From Candidatus Hadarchaeales archaeon (GTDB taxonomy: Archaea; Hadarchaeota; Hadarchaeia; Hadarchaeales; Hadarchaeaceae), in the NCBI GenBank assembly GCA_038872135.1, contig JAVZGN010000016.1, forward strand, positions 1-23,809: a stretch of DNA of 23,809 nt, read 5' to 3'. This document shows positions 18,449 to 23,809 of the stretch, piece after piece. Position numbers and translations under genes: made by a program. The notes under the pieces are model-generated. The model saw only the letters and a program-made list of their open reading frames with translations, made no database searches and was not told the DNA's origin. The stretch's first letter is position 1. Each line of letters begins with the position of its first letter.

Positions 18449-18839
18449 CGCTGAGGTCAGACCCAGCGAAGATGAGGGGAAGGTCAAAAGGGCGATTTTA
18501 AATCTTTTCCCGCTTCTTGAGCTGCGCCTGGAAGGAGGAATGGTTGTTGGGGAATCTCAGGATGTGGCTTCGATTCAAAAATTCCGGCAGACGCTGAGGG
18601 TCCTGGCAATCTTGGACACCGCAAGAGCAGTTCTAAAGAGAGGGGTTGAGGGTTCAAAGACAAAATTTCTGCTGAACAAACAGGCGGCATTTATGGGAAA
18701 AATAAGCTTCACCGATGGAGAGTCTCCCTTGGGGCCAATTGTAGTCGAGATTGAGGCACCAGACCTTGAAAGGTTGATAGATTTCATTTCTCCTAGAACC
18801 AAGGATGGAAAACCAATCGAGGAAATTCAGTATCCATGA
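18432..18839 (+). CDS. UPF0201/DUF54 family protein
   Basis: V.AEVRPSEDEGKVKRAILNLFP, ILDTAR, LNKQAA and SPLGPI motifs; start reset to TTG 18432. Confidence 0.88.
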   Translation: MRVRVSAEVRPSEDEGKVKRAILNLFPLLELRLEGGMVVGESQDVASIQKFRQTLRVLAILDTARAVLKRGVEGSKTKFLLNKQAAFMGKISFTDGESPLGPIVVEIEAPDLERLIDFISPRTKDGKPIEEIQYP

Positions 18840-19216
18840 AGGAGTGAGGCGATTGCAGCCCCGAGGAGGAAATAGCCGACGGCGTTGTAGCCTTCGAGGA
18901 GGAAAATTTTTGCAACAGTTTTCGGCTTCTTTTTCCTGAAGAATCTCCAGGGAGGATAGCCCTTTTTCATCAGGAGAAACTCTACTGGAGCGACTAGAAT
19001 AAAAACAATGAAGATGATGAGGAGCGAGAAGGGGAAGCTACGGAGCCATCCAATAGCAAAGCCCACTGGAAGATAGCCGACAATTCTCTCGACCAGACCA
19101 AGTTTGGCGTGGCGGAGGGGAACATCGACTCCCATCTCGCTGTAAGAGGCCAGTATCTTCTTCAGGGTGAAAATGTCTATGATGGGGAGGAGCCAGAGGA
19201 GGAGGCGTTTTTTCAT
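18827..19216 (-). CDS. Hypothetical membrane protein (129 aa)
   Basis: Hydrophobic C-terminal part of the 268-aa ORF fills the gap between genes; ATG 19216 is divergent from the next gene across an AT-rich spacer. Confidence 0.7.
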   Translation of the reverse strand: MKKRLLLWLLPIIDIFTLKKILASYSEMGVDVPLRHAKLGLVERIVGYLPVGFAIGWLRSFPFSLLIIFIVFILVAPVEFLLMKKGYPPWRFFRKKKPKTVAKIFLLEGYNAVGYFLLGAAIASLLHGY

Positions 19217-19256
19217 CACTTTTAATAATTCTCCCGGATGTATTTGTTGGTAGCGA

Positions 19257-19898
19257 ATGATCGCGATCATCGGAGGAAGCGGGGAGCTGGGCAGGGGACT
19301 GGCGGAGAGGCTGGCGTTGAGCGGGGAGAGCGTCATCATAGGGTCGAGATCGCCGGAGAGGGGGATGAGGGCAGCAGAGGAGATAGCAAAGAAAATTGGA
19401 AAGAAGGTAGAGGGTGGCTCAAATAGAGATGCTGCGGAGAGGGCAGACATCGTTGTTTTGAGCATTCCTTTTGAGGGATTGGAAGAAATCGCCGAGGAGG
19501 TGAAAGACGCTGTTAAAGGGAAAATAGTTGTGAGTGTGATCGTTCCAATAAAATTTGGAAAGGTTTTGGAATATTTCCGGCCGCCTGCCGGGTCTGCCGC
19601 TGAAGAAGTTTCAAAGGCTCTTCCAGAAGCCAAGGTTGTCTCTGCATTTCACACAGTTGGGGCGAAGCAGCTGCAAAATTTAGATGCGCCCATAAAGTGC
19701 GATGTTGTGGTTTGTGGGGATGATGAGCGCTCGAAGAGGCGGGTGATGGAAATGATAGAGAAAATAGAGGGGATGAGGGCGGTTGATGGAGGGCCCCTTC
19801 AAAACAGCCGGCTTGTTGAGGCAACTGTTGCACTGCTAATCGAGCTAACGAGAAGATACAGGGTGCCGGGAGTGAGCATAAGATTTGAGGGGATTTAG
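19257..19898 (+). CDS. npdG: F420H2:NADP+ oxidoreductase (NADPH-dependent F420 reductase)
   Basis: IAIIGGSGELGRGLA, IIGSRS, GSAAEEV, VVSAFHTV, DVVVCGDD and DGGPLQNSRLVE motifs. Confidence 0.9.
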   Translation: MIAIIGGSGELGRGLAERLALSGESVIIGSRSPERGMRAAEEIAKKIGKKVEGGSNRDAAERADIVVLSIPFEGLEEIAEEVKDAVKGKIVVSVIVPIKFGKVLEYFRPPAGSAAEEVSKALPEAKVVSAFHTVGAKQLQNLDAPIKCDVVVCGDDERSKRRVMEMIEKIEGMRAVDGGPLQNSRLVEATVALLIELTRRYRVPGVSIRFEGI

Positions 19899-19907
19899 AA
19901 GAAACCG

Positions 19908-19914
19908 TTTTAAG
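19908..19914 (+). promoter_or_regulatory. Putative TATA box for the box C/D sRNA
   Basis: TTTTAAG preceded by purine-rich GAAGAAA, about 22 nt upstream of the sRNA. Confidence 0.55.
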
Positions 19915-19935
19915 GTTCTGGGCTATTTGAAAATC

Positions 19936-19993
19936 GGGCGATGAAGAAAAGAGGGTTAAGTGAGATAATGAACGAAACCTCCAGCCTGAGCCC
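19936..19993 (+). ncRNA. Box C/D 2'-O-methylation guide sRNA
   Basis: GGGC/GCCC termini, box C (GC)GATGA 19938-19944, D' GTGA 19960-19963, C' ATAATGA 19965-19971, D CTGA 19986-19989. Guide AAGAGGGTTA is complementary to archaeal 23S helix 69 as recalled. Confidence 0.82.
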
Positions 19994-19996
19994 ACC

Positions 19997-20905
19997 TCAA
20001 GGGAGAGGGACTTCCAGCTCCATCAAATCTTCCGCTACAATTGTGTTTGGGAAGATCTTCTTAGCCTGCTCAAGGAGAACCGTGACATCTTCATATCTCG
20101 GGCTTATGTGAGTCAGAACAAGGAGTTTCACCCCGGCCTTTTTTGCGATGGTTGCCGCACCAGATGGAGTGGAGTGAAAGTTCTCATCGGCTTTTTCAGA
20201 GAGATCGTCGGAGAGGGTTGCTTCGTGAATTAAAACATCTGCTCCTCTGGCAAGTTCGACGATTCTTTCCGTGGGCTTTGTGTCGCCGGTGTAGACTATT
20301 TTTCTGCCAGGTCTCGGTTGCCCGACAACTTCTTCAGGGTAGACGATTTTTCCAGTAGGACTCTTAACCGGAACTCCAGCCTTCAGCATGGAGAAAGCCG
20401 GACCTGGGGAAATCCCGAGAGAGATGGCTTTTTCAACATCAAGTTTCCCCGGCCTTTCATCTTCGACCAGGGCGTAGGCGAGTTCCGGGACTGGGTGCTC
20501 GGCTTTGCAGGTTTTTATTCTGTAGCCCTTTCTTTCCACCTCATCTCCCGGCTTCAGCCCATGAACCTCTACATCGAAGGTCAGCGTGTAGTGGGGGATG
20601 CGGAGATATTCCTTTAGTCTCTCTTCGTCCTCAATTGGGGCAAAAATCTCGAGCATTTTTCTCCTGTCGAGAAGGGCCATCGTCTGCACTATTCCAGCTA
20701 GGCCGAGGAAGTGGTCGCCGTGGAGGTGGGTGAGAAATATTGCATCTATTTTCAGCGGGCTCAATCCCGCTTTTACCATCTGCGATTGGGTTCCCTCCCC
20801 GCAGTCGAAGAGGATGAGCTCCCCCTCTCTTCTGATGGCGATTGACGGAAGCCCGCGCTTTTTGGTTGGGATGCTCCCTGTTGTCCCGAGGAAAGTGAGC
20901 TTCAT
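19997..20905 (-). CDS. rnz: Ribonuclease Z
   Basis: FLGT.GSIPT..R, DCGEGTQ, THLHGDH, exosite PGP, YTGDT, HEAT, HST and THISPRY motifs; start reset to ATG 20905. Confidence 0.96.
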   Translation of the reverse strand: MKLTFLGTTGSIPTKKRGLPSIAIRREGELILFDCGEGTQSQMVKAGLSPLKIDAIFLTHLHGDHFLGLAGIVQTMALLDRRKMLEIFAPIEDEERLKEYLRIPHYTLTFDVEVHGLKPGDEVERKGYRIKTCKAEHPVPELAYALVEDERPGKLDVEKAISLGISPGPAFSMLKAGVPVKSPTGKIVYPEEVVGQPRPGRKIVYTGDTKPTERIVELARGADVLIHEATLSDDLSEKADENFHSTPSGAATIAKKAGVKLLVLTHISPRYEDVTVLLEQAKKIFPNTIVAEDLMELEVPLP

Positions 20906-20958
20906 GAATGTCAAAAGAACTTGGAGGGAATGGGTTAAATCACTGGTGTTTGGAGGCT

Positions 20959-21990
20959 TCATTTGCGCCTGAAGACATAGATGGCGCGCGTGAGGCTGCG
21001 GTGAACTCTCTGTTCATGCTTTTCGATCAGCCTGAGGGATGCCCCTTTAGCCATGTCCTCCAGTTCCAGCTCGGCCGGAGAAGTTATGCAGAGATATCCC
21101 TTCCTCTTGAGCACCCCGGCGATGGAGGGGAGAGAATCGCGGTAGAGCTCTTTCAGCTCAGTTCCCCAGGTTGTGGCCTGTCTTCCATAGGGGGGGTCAG
21201 TGGCCACGGCGTCTACCTCAAGAGCGGGGAGGCTGCGGGCATCTCCAACCATCAGCTGGAAGTCCTTCACCCCGCAGGCCATCAGATTTGCCTTTGCCCC
21301 CTCAATCATTTCCCTCTGGATGTCCACCCCTATCGGTCTCGCCCCTATCAGCCCGGCTTCTATCAGAATTCCTCCAACGCCGCAGAATGGGTCTAGGAGG
21401 CTACCCTTTCTCGGGGTCCTGGCGAGATTTACCATGCACCTTCCGAGGGCGGGGGGGAGGGTGCTTGGATGAAACACTGGCCTCGCTGTTGGATGCCTCC
21501 TTATGAACTGCTTCCTGTCAACTTCAGCATTAACCACCCCGACCGCGCACTTTTCTCCGCTCAGGACACACAGAATCTTGATATCGGGGTTTTCCAGAGA
21601 TATCTTGAAGTCGACCTCCTCCCTGAGGGTTTGGGCGATGGATTTTTCCAGCCCGAGAGTGCTGATGTGGGGGGCGCTGCGCTTTATCCTCTCAACCTCC
21701 ACGGCGAAGGTCTTTCCATGGGGGAGCATGTCGATGATGTCGGTGCTGGAAATGGCCGAGAGGATTTCATCGATGGTGGCCCCGGTTGTACAGAGGTGGG
21801 TTGAGATGCTGTGGCAGAATGCCAGCCTTGAGGCGAGAAGCTTGGGGTCTGCCTTTGTCTCTGCTATCAGAAGCTGGTCGAGCTCCTCGATCACCGTGAA
21901 TGCCTTGTGCTCGGCCTTCATCGCCCCGGTGATTTCAGCAAATGGCAGGGTGGGGTGCTCGCCGGAGAGCCTGAACATCAGCCTTTTCAT
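20959..21990 (-). CDS. THUMP-domain tRNA (guanine-10-N2)-methyltransferase (Trm11/TrmG10-like)
   Basis: LSGEHPTLP, THUMP region, LDPFCGVGGILIEA, TDPPYG and RVHRSLTR motifs. Confidence 0.9.
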   Translation of the reverse strand: MKRLMFRLSGEHPTLPFAEITGAMKAEHKAFTVIEELDQLLIAETKADPKLLASRLAFCHSISTHLCTTGATIDEILSAISSTDIIDMLPHGKTFAVEVERIKRSAPHISTLGLEKSIAQTLREEVDFKISLENPDIKILCVLSGEKCAVGVVNAEVDRKQFIRRHPTARPVFHPSTLPPALGRCMVNLARTPRKGSLLDPFCGVGGILIEAGLIGARPIGVDIQREMIEGAKANLMACGVKDFQLMVGDARSLPALEVDAVATDPPYGRQATTWGTELKELYRDSLPSIAGVLKRKGYLCITSPAELELEDMAKGASLRLIEKHEQRVHRSLTRAIYVFRRK

Positions 21991-21995
21991 GGGGA

Positions 21996-22862
21996 TTACC
22001 TTAGGGCCTGGGCTATCAGGGGGGCCACCGAAACCAGGCTGACCTCCCGCTCAATTGTGTCAGTTGCGATGACTTTTCTTGTGCCAGCTTTTCTCAGCTT
22101 CTCGAGAGTTTTTCCCACGAGGACTGGGTGGGTGCAGGCGGCATAGATGTTTCTTGCCCCCTGGCGGCTGAGGACTTTCACAGCCTTGATCACAGTTCCC
22201 CCGGTGCTGATGATGTCGTCGACAATGATGACATCTCTTCCCTTAGCATCGATTTTTTTTGGCTCAACCGTGACTTTTGTCGGGGTGATTCTCCTCTTCA
22301 CGAGATAGTCGTGGCCGCCGCCGATTTCCTCTGCAACCTTTTTTGCCCTCTCCTCTGACCCCTGATCACCTCCAATGACAACTGGGTTTTTCAGGCGGAG
22401 CCTTGAGCCAATGAATTTTCCGAGGAGGGGCATCGCCGTGAGATTCTTGACGGGGATGGAGAAATATCTGAGGCTTGAATCTTCGTGGATGTCGATGGTT
22501 ATGAGTTCATCTGGGGCTACCTCCTCGATCAACTTCACAATTGTCTTCATGCTGATGGCTTCCCCCGGCTTGAATCTTTTGTCCTGTCTGGCGTAGCAGA
22601 AGTAGGGGGTAACGCAGACGACTTTTTTTGCCCCGAGGTCTCTTGCGGCGTCGAGCATGAGGAGGAGCACCATCAGATTTTCGTTCTGAGGGGGGCCTAG
22701 GGACTGAACTACCACCACCTCCTTTCCTTTCAGCTCCCCTGGAAGGCGGATGTAGATTTCCCCGTCTGGAAAGCGTTTGATCTCTGGGGTGAGGAGGAAA
22801 GTGTGCAGTTCTAAGGAAAGCCTTTTTGAAAGTTTTGGTGATGCTGGACCACCGAGGATCAT
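21996..22862 (-). CDS. prs: Ribose-phosphate pyrophosphokinase
   Basis: KRFPDGEIYIR, PYFCYARQDKRF..GE, IVDDIISTGGT and CTHPV motifs. Confidence 0.96.
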   Translation of the reverse strand: MILGGPASPKLSKRLSLELHTFLLTPEIKRFPDGEIYIRLPGELKGKEVVVVQSLGPPQNENLMVLLLMLDAARDLGAKKVVCVTPYFCYARQDKRFKPGEAISMKTIVKLIEEVAPDELITIDIHEDSSLRYFSIPVKNLTAMPLLGKFIGSRLRLKNPVVIGGDQGSEERAKKVAEEIGGGHDYLVKRRITPTKVTVEPKKIDAKGRDVIIVDDIISTGGTVIKAVKVLSRQGARNIYAACTHPVLVGKTLEKLRKAGTRKVIATDTIEREVSLVSVAPLIAQALR

Positions 22863-22939
22863 CCACTCACCCAGAAATCCTGTGTTTCCAATGTTTATAT
22901 TGTTACGGAGGGGTCAAACAAATATCTCCTGAGGGAGAG

Positions 22940-23809
22940 ATGGTATGGATGTGGAGGCTTCTGAGACCAGATGCTGTGGCTGTCCTGAAGGACCAGAAGG
23001 CGAGGCGGTCTCTCCAGAGGTACTTCTCGGTGGTTTTTGGGGAGCTTCCCGCCAGATTTCTTGTCTGCAGGCGGGCGCCTGTGAGGGTCGATCTTTCCGC
23101 CTCTGAGGCAGAGCTCTGGGAGGCCCACGATGCTGGTCTTAAGGAGTTCAGGGGTTTGCTGGCAAAGATAGACTCTGGGAAGATCGCGCTCTCTGAGATT
23201 TCTGAGCCGGAGGTCTCCCTGCTGGATGTAAAAATTGAGCTTGCGAGGAGGATGCTTGAGTCTTGCAGGTTCTGCGAGAGGAGATGCGGGGTCAACAGGA
23301 GGAAGGGAGAAAGGGGGGTCTGCGGGGTTGGGGAGAAGTCTAAGATGGCGTCGGAGTTCATGCATCATGGGGAGGAGCCGGAGCTTGTTCCTTCTTACAC
23401 TATCTTCTTCAACGGATGCACCTTCAAATGTGTGTTTTGCCAGAACTGGGACATCTCCCAGCATCCAGAGGAAGGGGTGGAGGTTACCGCCACCGGCCTG
23501 GCAAAGCTGGTGGATTCTGCGAGGGATGAAGGAGCGAGGAATGTGAACTGGGTTGGAGGAGAACCCACGCCTAACCTCCACACAATTTTGGAGACGCTTT
23601 CAAAACTCAGAACGAGTGTGCCGAGCGTTTGGAACTCAAACATGTACATGTCGCTGGAGGCGATGAAGCTTCTTTTCGGAACTCAGGACATCTACCTTGC
23701 GGATTTTAAATATGGGAATGATGGGTGCGCGCAGAGACTGTCGAAAGTTTCGAGATATTTTGAGGTTGTTGCGAGAAATCATCGTCTTGCGGCTGCCGAT
23801 GCCGAGATG
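22940..23809 (+). CDS. Radical SAM protein, PflX/COG1313-like (partial, runs off the window end)
   Basis: Manual translation: MVWMWRLLRPDAV...CRFCERRCGVNR..GERGVC...HHGEEPELVPSYTIFFNGCTFKCVFCQNWDISQ...NVNWVGGEPTP...WNSNMY...DIYLADFKYGND. CX3CX2C at 23417-23440; start could be 22949. Confidence 0.9.
   Translation, partial: MVWMWRLLRPDAVAVLKDQKARRSLQRYFSVVFGELPARFLVCRRAPVRVDLSASEAELWEAHDAGLKEFRGLLAKIDSGKIALSEISEPEVSLLDVKIELARRMLESCRFCERRCGVNRRKGERGVCGVGEKSKMASEFMHHGEEPELVPSYTIFFNGCTFKCVFCQNWDISQHPEEGVEVTATGLAKLVDSARDEGARNVNWVGGEPTPNLHTILETLSKLRTSVPSVWNSNMYMSLEAMKLLFGTQDIYLADFKYGNDGCAQRLSKVSRYFEVVARNHRLAAADAEM

Noticed and set aside
19217-19633. N-terminal half of the 268-aa minus-strand ORF
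   Set aside because: Antisense shadow of npdG; only the part from ATG 19216 looks like a real protein
22895-23649. Supplied ORFs at the right end of the window
   Set aside because: Shadows of the radical SAM gene in another frame or strand

Overview
Compact, gene-dense archaeal chromosomal segment with euryarchaeal-type housekeeping genes. A Hadarchaeota-like origin is an impression only. It contains hisE-hisI, a SpoIIM/DUF95 membrane protein, rtcA and a minimal O6-alkylguanine alkyltransferase. A mat / DUF62 SAM hydrolase / nadM unit lies divergent from an HTH-CBS regulator. An XRE regulator precedes the HMG-CoA synthase / thiolase / DUF35 mevalonate cluster. A Tad/Epd-like type IV pilus locus comprises an ATPase, two TadC-like platform proteins, three Q+1/E+5 class III signal-peptide pilins, an A24 prepilin peptidase and a DUF2101-like protein, and is interrupted by an uncharacterised HTH gene. 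Downstream are a small C4HC2H zinc-finger protein, tRNA-Leu(TAG), a stand-alone Lrp/AsnC RAM domain, the UPF0200/UPF0201 pair, F420H2:NADP+ oxidoreductase, rnz-trm11-prs and a truncated PflX-like radical SAM gene absent from the ORF track. Main non-obvious finds are an unannotated box C/D guide sRNA (19936-19993) whose D' guide fits 23S rRNA C1920, and a candidate dedicated pilus regulator with palindromic sites in the pilin promoter region. Also notable are a putative SAM-sensing regulatory module and a RING/PHD-like small protein. No CRISPR array, integrase or transposase was seen.
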